Positions 19,771 to 28,603 of a stretch of DNA of 64,000 nt are shown one piece after another. The position numbers were made by a program, and so were the translations under genes. The number at the start of each line of letters is the position of its first letter. The first letter of the stretch is position 1. A model generated the notes under the pieces. It saw only the letters and a program-made list of their open reading frames with translations, searched no databases and was not told the origin of the DNA. The stretch covers positions 1,680-65,679 of the forward strand of contig JAZDEL010000009.1 of the NCBI GenBank assembly GCA_043808785.1, given 5' to 3'. This DNA comes from Candidatus Iainarchaeum sp. GTDB lineage: Archaea; Iainarchaeota; Iainarchaeia; Iainarchaeales; JAZDEL01.

Positions 19771-21558
19771 CTACATCTCCTCAAGCGCCTCAATCCCAAG
19801 CAGCGTCAGCCCGTTTTCAAGCACGATTGTGCCCGCCTTAACAAGCCCAAGCCTTGCGGCGCGCAGTTCGGGCCTTTCCGCGTTAAGCACCGGCACTTTC
19901 TGGTAAAATGAGTTGAACGCGGCGGCAACCTTAAGCATGTGCTGCGCCATTATGTGCGGCGCGCAGTGCTCGGCGCTTTGCCCGACTGCCTGCCCGAAAC
20001 CCGCAAGCGCGCTGACGAGGTTTTTTTCCTGTTCCTCTGTGAGTAAGCCATAATCCGTTTTCCTTGCGGAAAATTTGGATTTTTTGCCCGCTGCGGTGCC
20101 TTTCCCTTCACCCTTCGCCTTCCTCAGTATGCTGCGCGCGCGCGCATACGCATACTGCACATAAGGCCCGGTCTCGCCCTCAAGTTCCGTGGCGCGCTCC
20201 CAGTTGAATATTATGACTTTCTGGTTCTCCCTGCTAACCATTGCAAACTTTATTGAGGAAAGCGCAATCGCTTTTGCGGTTTTCTCGGACTTTGCTTTCG
20301 CCCAATCCTTGTGCCTTTTCCCCACTTCCCCCATGCACTTGCCCATGACCTTGTTCAGCAGTTCGCTGTATGTTATCACATTCCCTTCCCTCGAGCCCAT
20401 CTTGCCGCCCTCGAGCATTACAAGCTCGTATGAGATATGCCTTGTTTTTTTTGCCTGCGGCAAACCAATAAGTTCAAAGGTTTTTATCAGCTGCCTGAAA
20501 TAGAAATTCTGCTCCGCCCCCACAACATGGTATGAGCGGCCGAATTTGTATTCTTTCGTTTTCAATCGTATAAGCCCCAAATCCTTCGCTGAGTAAAGCG
20601 GCATCCCGTCCTGCTTCAGCAGGACAAAGACGCCGAGCCCCTCTTTCTTCAGGTCGATTATTACCGCACCTTCGCTCTCCTCCGCAATCCCCTTTTTCAG
20701 CAGTTCGCGCGCAGCGGAAATGCCGGGCTTCTCCACCTCGCTCTCGAAATAGAGGCGGTTGAATTTCACGCCGAAATCCTTGTATATGCGGTCGAACTCA
20801 TCAAGGCTCCATTTGCGGGTTTTTTTCCAGAGCGCGAGGAGTTTTTTGTTCTTGCCATCATGCAGTTCCTTTACAAGGTCGCGCATTTTCTGCTCAAGTT
20901 CCTCGTTCCCTTTTACCTTCTTGCTCGCCTCGGCATAAACCTTCCCTAACCATTCCCCTTTGTTCACGCCCCTGCCTTTCGGTTCCTTCCCATTGTGCAG
21001 TTCCAAAAACCCCCAAAGGGTTTTGGAAACATGCGGTCCCACATCGCCCTCATAATTCACGCGCAGGACCTTGTAGCCCGAAAACTCCAGCAGCCTGCAC
21101 AGCGCCTCCCCGAATGAAATGTTCCTTACATGCCCGATATGGAAAGCCTTGTGCGTGTTGGACTCACAAAATTCAACCATTACTGTTTCATTCTTCCCCG
21201 AACCGCTGCCGTATTTTTTCCCCTCCGCAAGCACCTGTTCAACAGTGCTCTCGGCAAGCCCTGCCCTGCTCACGAAGAAGTTTATGTAACCCCCGACAAC
21301 GCTGACAGTGTCGAGCTCGGCCATTGCCTCCGTGCTTTTGTTCACGCCCTCGGCAAGCTCCTGCGCGATTTTCTTCGGGTCCTTTTTCAGCGCTCCCGCA
21401 AGCTTGAAGCAGGGGAAGGCATAATCCCCCAACTCGCGGGATGGCGGCACCTCTATCAGCGCCTCTATGTGCGCATCTGAAAAGCCCTTTGCGCCCATAG
21501 AGAGGAGCGCGGAATGCACGGCCTTTGCAACCTTTGCCTTGAAATCCCCCGCAGGCAT
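19771..21558 (-). CDS. argS: Arginyl-tRNA synthetase
   Basis: 595 aa. N-terminal add-1 domain, class I HIGH (KAFHIGHVRN) and a C-terminal DALR anticodon-binding region. Confidence 0.95.
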   Translation of the reverse strand: MPAGDFKAKVAKAVHSALLSMGAKGFSDAHIEALIEVPPSRELGDYAFPCFKLAGALKKDPKKIAQELAEGVNKSTEAMAELDTVSVVGGYINFFVSRAGLAESTVEQVLAEGKKYGSGSGKNETVMVEFCESNTHKAFHIGHVRNISFGEALCRLLEFSGYKVLRVNYEGDVGPHVSKTLWGFLELHNGKEPKGRGVNKGEWLGKVYAEASKKVKGNEELEQKMRDLVKELHDGKNKKLLALWKKTRKWSLDEFDRIYKDFGVKFNRLYFESEVEKPGISAARELLKKGIAEESEGAVIIDLKKEGLGVFVLLKQDGMPLYSAKDLGLIRLKTKEYKFGRSYHVVGAEQNFYFRQLIKTFELIGLPQAKKTRHISYELVMLEGGKMGSREGNVITYSELLNKVMGKCMGEVGKRHKDWAKAKSEKTAKAIALSSIKFAMVSRENQKVIIFNWERATELEGETGPYVQYAYARARSILRKAKGEGKGTAAGKKSKFSARKTDYGLLTEEQEKNLVSALAGFGQAVGQSAEHCAPHIMAQHMLKVAAAFNSFYQKVPVLNAERPELRAARLGLVKAGTIVLENGLTLLGIEALEEM

Positions 21559-21574
21559 ATCCTAAATTAAAACA

Positions 21575-21605
21575 CGCAACTGCTTAAAGTTCTTTTCTTT
21601 TGGCG
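21575..21605 (-). repeat. 31-nt exact direct repeat (copy 1) covering the last 7 codons plus 9 nt of 3' UTR of methyltransferase paralog B
   Basis: CGCAACTGCTTAAAGTTCTTTTCTTTTGGCG is identical to 22257-22287. Confidence 0.85.
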
Positions 21606-22240
21606 GTTAGGATTACATATTTGGTTCCGCCTGCAACATCCGTTTCGGCCTTAACTTCAAACCCCCTCTCGCGGAGAAGCCGTATTATCTCCTTGAAATC
21701 CACCCGCTGGGTGTATGACATTTTCAGCCTTTTTTCATCCAGTTTGCTCCCTGCCATCTCCGTGCGGAATTTGTCAAATGGAATTTTAAGCCTGTCGATA
21801 ATCAGCAGCGCATTAGTCCTGCCCGCGATATCAGCTACCGTCTGTAGCCTCTCCTCAGGCCATATGTGCGCTAGGACTTCATTTGCAACAATAATGTCCG
21901 CCTTAATGCGGCGAAGTAATGGCAAATTCCTGATGTTGCCGGAAATAATCTTTGAACCTTTGGCATGGCCGCCTTTTTTTATCCTTGCTGCAAGCGCTGG
22001 GCTGCCCTCCACATAAATTTTTTCTTTGAAGGGGTGATACTGCAGCACAGGAATAAGTGCCGGCCCTATCTCTATGGCGGTGCTCCTTTCCGGGTTTGGA
22101 ACGAGGCTTTTTATTTTTTCGCTTATTTTTGGGAGATTTTCCCATGCCGAGGTCAGGTATGTGCGGAATGGCTGCTCCCCCTTTCTGTAATAATATGTGC
22201 TGAAAAACTTCCAGCCCTTTTTCGGGGTTCTTCCCATCAT
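21584..22240 (-). CDS. Class I SAM-dependent methyltransferase-like protein, paralog B
   Basis: 218 aa. Motif I-like AIEIGPALIPVL and motif II-like ADIIVANEVLAHIWP. Ends ...KYVILTAKRKEL. Paralogous to 23158..23919. Confidence 0.5.
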   Translation of the reverse strand: MMGRTPKKGWKFFSTYYYRKGEQPFRTYLTSAWENLPKISEKIKSLVPNPERSTAIEIGPALIPVLQYHPFKEKIYVEGSPALAARIKKGGHAKGSKIISGNIRNLPLLRRIKADIIVANEVLAHIWPEERLQTVADIAGRTNALLIIDRLKIPFDKFRTEMAGSKLDEKRLKMSYTQRVDFKEIIRLLRERGFEVKAETDVAGGTKYVILTAKRKEL

Positions 22241-22256
22241 ACCTTAACTGAGGCGC

Positions 22257-22287
22257 GCAACTGCTTAAAGTTCTTTTCTTTTGGCGT
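22257..22287 (-). repeat. 31-nt exact direct repeat (copy 2): an orphan 3'-end fragment of a methyltransferase paralog, 17 nt upstream of paralog B's start
   Basis: Identical 31-mer. The flanking sequence diverges, with a 1-nt deletion relative to the coding copy (..GGCGTTAGG vs ..GGCGGTTAGG). Confidence 0.85.
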
Positions 22288-22417
22288 TAGGGAAATGCCC
22301 GCCTTTCTTTTCGCGCACGCTGTTTTTGTCCTCATAGTTATGTATATTCATTAATAACATACCATTAAATACTTTTTCAGCGTTTATGTAACCATGCAAA
22401 CGCAGGCAAAAACCACT

Positions 22418-22678
22418 ATGAGCTTTTCCGCGGAACCCGAGTTTGTGCGGACCGTGGAGAAAATAGCCCTCTCCACAGGGCTCTACAACTCGAAGAGCGA
22501 GTTCCTTAGGGACGCGGCAAGGCAGAGGCTCGTGCAGCTGATGGGGCTCGAGGAATCGCGTAAGAGGATAAGGGGGTTCACGCAGGAACTTAGGGCAAAG
22601 GCCGGGCCTTACAGGCCGCTCACGCGGAAACAGAGGGACGCGCTTGCCATGCGCTATTTTGAGAAAATTCGCAGATGA
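22418..22678 (+). CDS. Ribbon-helix-helix (CopG-like) small DNA-binding protein
   Basis: MSFSAEPEFVRTVEKIALSTGLYNSKSEFLRDAARQRL shows an RHH beta-alpha-alpha pattern. Its 3' end is convergent with the PIN gene and overlaps it. Confidence 0.5.
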   Translation: MSFSAEPEFVRTVEKIALSTGLYNSKSEFLRDAARQRLVQLMGLEESRKRIRGFTQELRAKAGPYRPLTRKQRDALAMRYFEKIRR

Positions 22679-23105
22679 ATTCCTCGGGCGTGAGGCAGCG
22701 GATGAATTTTTCCGCAGCGGAAAAATCCCCCTTATTCCAGCTCACGAGAACATCGCATTTTGAATCGAGGGCAAGCGCAAGGTGGAGCGAATCGGCAAAG
22801 TGCATGCCTGTTTTCTTCTGGAGTTTGTCCGCCTCTTTTGATTTGTTCCCCTCGCCCGCCGTTTCAGTTTTCGCGTTATATTTCTTGAGTAGGCCGATTA
22901 CGTCCGCTTTTCCCAGCGAGATTATTTTTTCTATTTCCCCGAAGAACAAATCGGAGAGAACCAGCGTATGGTCGCCTTCGTCACATAAGGACAGGAATGC
23001 CTCGCTGTCCTGCGCGAGCATCCTGAAGCCGCGCCCGAGTTCCTGCCTTGCGAGGGAAATGAGGACGTTTGAATCTAAATAAATCCTGAGCCGCCGCTTT
23101 TGCAT
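22620..23105 (-). CDS. PIN-domain nuclease (VapC-like)
   Basis: 161 aa. N-terminal IYLDSNVLISL, and conserved acidic residues ...FADSLHLALAL...DVLVSWNKGDF. Confidence 0.7.
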   Translation of the reverse strand: MQKRRLRIYLDSNVLISLARQELGRGFRMLAQDSEAFLSLCDEGDHTLVLSDLFFGEIEKIISLGKADVIGLLKKYNAKTETAGEGNKSKEADKLQKKTGMHFADSLHLALALDSKCDVLVSWNKGDFSAAEKFIRCLTPEEFICEFSQNSAWQARPSVSA

Positions 23106-23157
23106 GGAAAATTAAGGGCAGGAACATAATAAAAATGTTCGTCAATTGACGAATTGA

Positions 23158-23919
23158 TTAAAGTTCCTTTCTTTTTGCCGTAAGGATAACATACCTTTGG
23201 CTCCCTTCCTTATCCTCTTCTGCCCAGACTTCCCAACCGTCATTCTTGAGGTAGTCCCTTATCTCCCTGAAATCCACAAGCCGCGCATATGCAAGCCTGG
23301 CATCCGCCAATGGCATGTTTATTTTAAATTTATGCAGTTCCAGTTCCGCTTCCGGAACCCTCTTCCCCTTAAGCAGTTCCAAAGCGGCTCTTCCTTCCTC
23401 CGCGAGTTTTTCGCGGAATCTGCGGAATGAAATTGCGGGTCTGTCGATAATCAGCAGGGCATCCGCTCTCTCGGCAATCTCCTTTAATGCAGGAAGCCTC
23501 TCGCGCGGCCAGAGGTGGGCAAATACCTCATTCACGGCAATTATGCCGGCTCTCTGCCTTTTGGTTATTGGCAGATTCCTGATGTCGCCCGCAATAACCC
23601 CTGCGCTTTGGCGCACATCCCCGTATTTTTTTAACTGCGCAGCAATGGCAGGGCTGCCGTCCACGTAAACAGTCCGCTTAAAAGGAATTCCCGATAAAAC
23701 AGGCGCATCACCCGGGCCTATTTCCACCCCAATCCTATTTTCAGGATGCGGAACGAGGGCCCTTATTTTTCCGGAAATATTCAATATCCTTGTTTTATTC
23801 GCCCCGTCAATCCCCGGCCTGAGGTATGTTACGTATGGCTGGCTTACTTCATAAGGGCGCGTACTGAAAAATTTGGCTGCTTTTTTCGGATCCAGCCTCC
23901 AGACCTTGATTTTGCCCAT
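23158..23919 (-). CDS. Class I SAM-dependent methyltransferase-like protein, paralog A
   Basis: 253 aa. VEIGPGDAPVL, AGIIAVNEVFAHLWP, and ends ...RYVILTAKRKEL. Collinear with paralog B. Confidence 0.5.
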   Translation of the reverse strand: MGKIKVWRLDPKKAAKFFSTRPYEVSQPYVTYLRPGIDGANKTRILNISGKIRALVPHPENRIGVEIGPGDAPVLSGIPFKRTVYVDGSPAIAAQLKKYGDVRQSAGVIAGDIRNLPITKRQRAGIIAVNEVFAHLWPRERLPALKEIAERADALLIIDRPAISFRRFREKLAEEGRAALELLKGKRVPEAELELHKFKINMPLADARLAYARLVDFREIRDYLKNDGWEVWAEEDKEGSQRYVILTAKRKEL

Positions 23920-24144
23920 GCTAAACCTTCATGCCAGGTGTTTTAAGGTATTGTGAGCACCCCTGATTCATTTGGTTGCAGAGCGCGGGGCTACTGCCCG
24001 CATGTATTTTGAAAGCGCCTCATCCTCGCTCAGGTATTTCACGCCGTTGCGTTTCATTTCATCTTTTTCTTTTTTGAGCCGCTTAGATACCAGTGCCATC
24101 TCTGCTTCTTTTTTTGTCTGCTTCATGCTCGCGCCCTCATTTAC

Positions 24145-25044
24145 TTACACCTTAACCCCCAACAGCTTCAGCATCACAGCCTTCTGCACGTGCATCCTGT
24201 TCTCGGCCTCATCGAAGACAATGCTTGCCTTGCTGTCAAGCACCTCATCAGCAACCTCGCATCCGCGGTGCGCGGGCAGGCAGTGCATGAACAATGCATC
24301 CTTCTTCGCGTGTGCCATCAAATTTGCATCAACCATGTAACCCTTAAAATCCCGCAGGCGCTTCTCCTTCTCCCCCTCCTGCCCCATGCTGACCCAGGTG
24401 TCGGTGTAAACAACATCCGCGCCCTTAACCGCGTCTTCGGGTTTGTTGTAGAGCTGCAGCGCACCGAATTTCTTTCCCACATCAACCGCGCTTTTGTGGG
24501 GTTCGTAACCCTTCGGGGTTGCAACAGCAACCTTCATACCCATTTTCGAGCCGCCGATTATGAGCGAGTTGCAAACATTGTTCCCGTCCCCCACAAATGC
24601 CAGTTTCAAACCCTCCAGTTTTCCTTTTTTTTCCTTTATTGTCATCAAATCCGCCAAAATTTGGCACGGGTGATAAAGGTCGCAAAGCGCATTTATGACG
24701 GGAACCCTGCTGGCTTCCGCCATTGCCTTGATATCCGCATGCTTATACACGCGCGCCATGATAATATCGCAGTACCTGTCCAGGCACCTTATTTCATCCT
24801 GAATTGCGCCCAATGTGAAGTTGCTCGCCCTCCAGTCCAGAAAAATCGCGTGCCCGCCCAATTGCGTCATTCCCGCCTCGAAACTAACCCTTGTACGTGT
24901 GCTGGTTTTCTGGAACAGCATGCACAGGCTCTTGTTTTTGAGCGCGTCCGCATAATCCCCCTGCGAACCCTTTACTTTTATTGCGTTGTCTATAACCTCG
25001 CCTATAAGTTCGGGTTTCCAGTCCAAAAGAGTTACAAGATGCAT
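24145..25044 (-). CDS. argF: Ornithine carbamoyltransferase
   Basis: STRTRVSFE carbamoyl-phosphate-binding motif and the HCLPAHRG ornithine-binding motif. ATG 25044 is preceded by GGAGGT. Same pathway as carAB. Confidence 0.9.
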   Translation of the reverse strand: MHLVTLLDWKPELIGEVIDNAIKVKGSQGDYADALKNKSLCMLFQKTSTRTRVSFEAGMTQLGGHAIFLDWRASNFTLGAIQDEIRCLDRYCDIIMARVYKHADIKAMAEASRVPVINALCDLYHPCQILADLMTIKEKKGKLEGLKLAFVGDGNNVCNSLIIGGSKMGMKVAVATPKGYEPHKSAVDVGKKFGALQLYNKPEDAVKGADVVYTDTWVSMGQEGEKEKRLRDFKGYMVDANLMAHAKKDALFMHCLPAHRGCEVADEVLDSKASIVFDEAENRMHVQKAVMLKLLGVKV

Positions 25045-25130
25045 CCTCAAACCTCCTCGAGCCCACACTAAACAGCAACCAAAATTATTTAATAATGGTT
25101 CATGCCGGTTTTGGTTCGGCAATAAAAAGC

Positions 25131-25892
25131 CTAACCCCTAGGCCGGGGCTTTGGCTGGTTATTCCGCCTTTCTCTTGTTGCGGGCCTTTTTCCCGCCTTC
25201 TTGCGCCGCCATGCCCTGAAACTTTTCACAATAAGGTCAAAATCAGCAGGGCGCAAGGAGTGCTTTTCGGCAAATTTTATTCTGCTCTTTATTCCGCGCG
25301 CCTTTAGCGCTTCTTTCAAATTATCCGCGGCAGCATCTATGCAGCCCGGCTCGTATTCCCTATTGCGAGCATTAAAATTTCCCAGATACTCGCCCATGCC
25401 CTCAATTTCAACCCCCTTTTCATCAAATTCAAACTTTGAAATAAGCCTTCCCAATTCCGACCGGTAATGCTGCTTTTCCCTTACGGTTACTTCATAGTCC
25501 CCGACAACAGCATTTCCGCCCGAATGGCGGAAGTCCCCGTAAACCTTGGGCAGTTCCAGAAATCTGCTGCCAAGCGTTTTCCCTGCAAATTCCCTGAACC
25601 TGCCATACGTATCCTTCAGGCCGCTCGGAATGGAAGAAAGAGGCTCAACCCCGACCATAACCGCCATTGCATCCGGGTTATTTTTTATTGCCGCTATCTC
25701 TTTTCCCCAGCCGCCGAGCATATTTCTTACAAATGAGCGAGTTACCTGCGGGAATTGCGAAAGCCTTTGTGGCGGTTCGTGCCAAGGAAGCCCCTGATAT
25801 ATCATGAGAAACAGGCTGTGAAACGGGTGCACTATCAAAAGCACCCTGTTTATTTTGCCCGGCTTTACATGTTCATTCATTTTGTTAGCCAT
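25131..25892 (-). CDS. Hypothetical protein with a basic C-terminal tail
   Basis: 253-aa ORF with no recognisable motifs. Ends ...RRKKAGKRPATRERRNNQPKPRPRG. Confidence 0.4.
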   Translation of the reverse strand: MANKMNEHVKPGKINRVLLIVHPFHSLFLMIYQGLPWHEPPQRLSQFPQVTRSFVRNMLGGWGKEIAAIKNNPDAMAVMVGVEPLSSIPSGLKDTYGRFREFAGKTLGSRFLELPKVYGDFRHSGGNAVVGDYEVTVREKQHYRSELGRLISKFEFDEKGVEIEGMGEYLGNFNARNREYEPGCIDAAADNLKEALKARGIKSRIKFAEKHSLRPADFDLIVKSFRAWRRKKAGKRPATRERRNNQPKPRPRG

Positions 25893-26058
25893 CCGAAAAA
25901 TAAGGCATCAGGCACTTAATAAACCTTCCCGCCCATAGTTCGGCGGCAGGGCACGAACCTGCGGGATATCTGGGCAGCCCTATTGAACCATAAGGCAATT
26001 AAGCGCGGCGTCAACAGCCGGCGCAGGTTCGCGCCTGTTTTTTTTCACAGTTCTCGCC

Positions 26059-26478
26059 CTATTTTTTATATCCTGATTTTCTTCTGCGGTCCCTGCGGTC
26101 CAAATATACGTCAACGGTATCTGTTACTCTCCCCGGGGGTATCCCGCTTTTACGGTCCAAAGACGTCAGGCCAACCTTCGTAAGGTTCCATTGTTTGCCC
26201 ACGGGCTTTAAAGTTTTTTTAGATACCGCATTCACAAGGCCGCGCTCCGTTGCGAAAATTTTCTTGTGGACTTTTGTATCAGTCCCTCCTTTTACGGAAT
26301 AATGCGTTCTTGACGGACTGCTTGACTGACTAACAACCTTATGCGCTTCAAATAAACCGGCGTGCTTGTTTGCGGCATCAGTCAATGATGCATTCTTAAG
26401 CGTATAGAGCGGCTTTGTATTCCTCCTGTTCTTCGCAGGCTTCTGCCAACTGCGCCAGTTTTTAATCGGTCTTGCCAT
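26059..26478 (-). CDS. Hypothetical basic protein
   Basis: 139-aa ORF rich in K/R/T. Coding status uncertain. Confidence 0.25.
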   Translation of the reverse strand: MARPIKNWRSWQKPAKNRRNTKPLYTLKNASLTDAANKHAGLFEAHKVVSQSSSPSRTHYSVKGGTDTKVHKKIFATERGLVNAVSKKTLKPVGKQWNLTKVGLTSLDRKSGIPPGRVTDTVDVYLDRRDRRRKSGYKK

Positions 26479-26858
26479 TCAAAAAACACCTCCATTTGGG
26501 AACCTGACTTTCCCGGATATATGAACGCCCTCGGCGTATATAAATTTGTCCCCGACAGGGGCTCTGTAGAAATCCTTTATAAAACCCAAAAATCGGGTTC
26601 GCAAAACCCGGCAAACCGCCCTATTTTGCCTTTCGGCAAAATGGGCTTAATAATAGTTTAAGATATTTAACGATAATTAACGATTTATTTTTATTCCGCA
26701 ATCGCACTTACCGATACAAACCAAGCCGCTTTTGCGGTTTTGTTTTTTTGTTTTCTCAGACAGGATGCGAGCGCATTTTCCCGCGCAAACACAAGCGAAG
26801 TTATTTATAATAGTTCGGCGTTCAATTATGTTGTCTTTCACTTCCTTCGTGGTTGCAA

Positions 26859-28418
26859 ATGTGCGGAATTCTCGGAATATACGGGCATGGCGACGTAATC
26901 AGCGAATTATATGACGGCCTGCTCGGGATACAGCACCGCGGGCAGGATGCCGCGGGCGTAATCACTTATAACGGGGAAGGGAGGCTGCACCTCAAGAAGG
27001 GCTGCGGCCTTGTAAGGGATGTTGTAAAGCCCAAGCACTTCATGCGCATGCGCGGGCATTTGGGAATAGGGCACGTGCGCTACCCCACTGTCGGAGGGGG
27101 CTGCGCGGAAGATGCGCAGCCTTTTTATGTCACGCACCCTTTCGGGATTGCGATGGCGCACAACGGAAACCTCACTAATTTTGCGGCGCTGAAAAAGGAC
27201 CTGCTTGAAAAGAACCAGCGCTACCTCACATCGAACTGCGATGCCGAGGCAATCCTTAATGTTTTTGCGGATGCACTCGCAAGGCAGAAGGTAAAGGCGC
27301 CCTCCTTCGAGAACATTTGCCGCGCTGTGCAGGATGTTTTCAAGCGCTGCAGGGGCGCTTACTCGGTTGTTGCGGTTATTGCAGGGCACGGCATTGTTGT
27401 TTTCAGGGACCCTTACGGAGTAAAGCCGATTTTATTCGGACAGAAAATTGTTGAGGGTAAGCAATGCTACGCCTTTGCTTCGGAAAGCGTTGCGCTCGAC
27501 ATCCTTGGCTATGGCAACAACACACGCGACCTTATGCCCGGGGAGGTTGTTTTCATTGATGCAAAGCGCAAGGTTTACTCAAAGCGCCTCCTGGCCAAGA
27601 AGCAGGCGCTCTGCATTTTCGAGTTCATCTATTTCGCGCGCCCCGACTCGATGATCGACAAGATTTCGGTTTACAAAACCCGCCTGCGTTTGGGGGAGGA
27701 GCTTGCGCGCGAGTGGGAAAGGACGGGCGTGGAGGCTGATTCGGTCATCCCCGTTCCCGACACAGCGCGCACCTCCGCAAGTTCCTTTGCGCGCGTGCTC
27801 GACCTTAAATACCGCGAAGGGCTTGTTAAGAACCGCTATGTGGGGCGCACTTTCATAATGGCGGGGCAGCGCGAGAGGCAGAACTCCATAAGGCAGAAAC
27901 TTAATCCGATAAAACTCGAGTTCAGGCGCAGGCGCGTATTGCTGATTGACGATTCAATAGTGCGCGGAAACACATCAAGGCAGATAATTCAGCTCGCAAG
28001 AGATGCGGGTGCAAGGAAGGTTTATTACGGCTCCTCCGCGGCGCCGCTCAAATTCCCGTGCGTTTACGGCATAGACATGAGCACAAAGCGCGAGTTTGTC
28101 GCAAAGGGCAAGACAATGAAGGAAATATCCCAGAGCATAGGCGCTGACCGCGTGCTGTACCAGACGGTTGACGGGATGGTCAGGGCTGCAAGCGCGGGCA
28201 ACCCGAAAGTTGGGTTCTGCACGGCGTGCTTCACAGGCAGATACCCTACAGGGGATGTAACCCCGCAGATACTGAAGGCTATAGAGCGGGAGAGGCTTTT
28301 CAAGGGCAAGGGGCAGAAAGGCAGGGGTGAAAAGGGCAAGGGCGGAAAAGGCCAAAATGCATTGCAGGCAGGGCAGGGATGCGGCCAGCCCGACTGCGAG
28401 GTTTCGGCAATCGACTGA
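26859..28418 (+). CDS. purF: Amidophosphoribosyltransferase with a low-complexity Gly/Lys C-terminal extension
   Basis: N-terminal nucleophile MCGILGIYGH, PRPP-binding VLLIDDSIVRGNT, and the Cys cluster of the 4Fe-4S type. The C-terminus ...GKGQKGRGEKGKGGKGQ...SAID reads into an intergenic repeat. TATA TTTATAAT lies 45 nt upstream. Confidence 0.9.
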   Translation: MCGILGIYGHGDVISELYDGLLGIQHRGQDAAGVITYNGEGRLHLKKGCGLVRDVVKPKHFMRMRGHLGIGHVRYPTVGGGCAEDAQPFYVTHPFGIAMAHNGNLTNFAALKKDLLEKNQRYLTSNCDAEAILNVFADALARQKVKAPSFENICRAVQDVFKRCRGAYSVVAVIAGHGIVVFRDPYGVKPILFGQKIVEGKQCYAFASESVALDILGYGNNTRDLMPGEVVFIDAKRKVYSKRLLAKKQALCIFEFIYFARPDSMIDKISVYKTRLRLGEELAREWERTGVEADSVIPVPDTARTSASSFARVLDLKYREGLVKNRYVGRTFIMAGQRERQNSIRQKLNPIKLEFRRRRVLLIDDSIVRGNTSRQIIQLARDAGARKVYYGSSAAPLKFPCVYGIDMSTKREFVAKGKTMKEISQSIGADRVLYQTVDGMVRAASAGNPKVGFCTACFTGRYPTGDVTPQILKAIERERLFKGKGQKGRGEKGKGGKGQNALQAGQGCGQPDCEVSAID

Positions 28419-28510
28419 TTCTGCTGCAGGCAAGCCCTTGCAGGCATGCAGGGCTTCGGCAACAGGCTGATTCCGTTACCCGCGGCAAACTACGGCAATC
28501 GACTGATTCT
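28405..28510 (+). repeat. Three direct repeats in the purF-tdh intergenic region
   Basis: CGGCAATCGACTGATTCT (28405-28422 and 28493-28510) and CGGCAACAGGCTGATTCC (28457-28474). Candidate operator sites. Confidence 0.5.
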
Positions 28511-28603
28511 TTTTCGTCAATTACACAATATTTAAAAAGGGCACCTACCAATATATTCTTGGTCTCTGTTCTCAGTTTGGAGGGTGGTTTTCTGGCAGGA
28601 ACA

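Noticed and set aside
22394-23105. RHH and PIN pair as a classical toxin-antitoxin operon
   Set aside because: The genes are convergent, on opposite strands, with overlapping 3' ends. A canonical type II module is co-directional and co-transcribed. They are therefore reported separately.
25893-26060. GC-rich structured stretch (ttcggcggcagggcacgaacctgcggg...) as a possible tRNA or ncRNA
   Set aside because: No cloverleaf or conserved motif could be built. Probably the untranslated region between two minus-strand ORFs.
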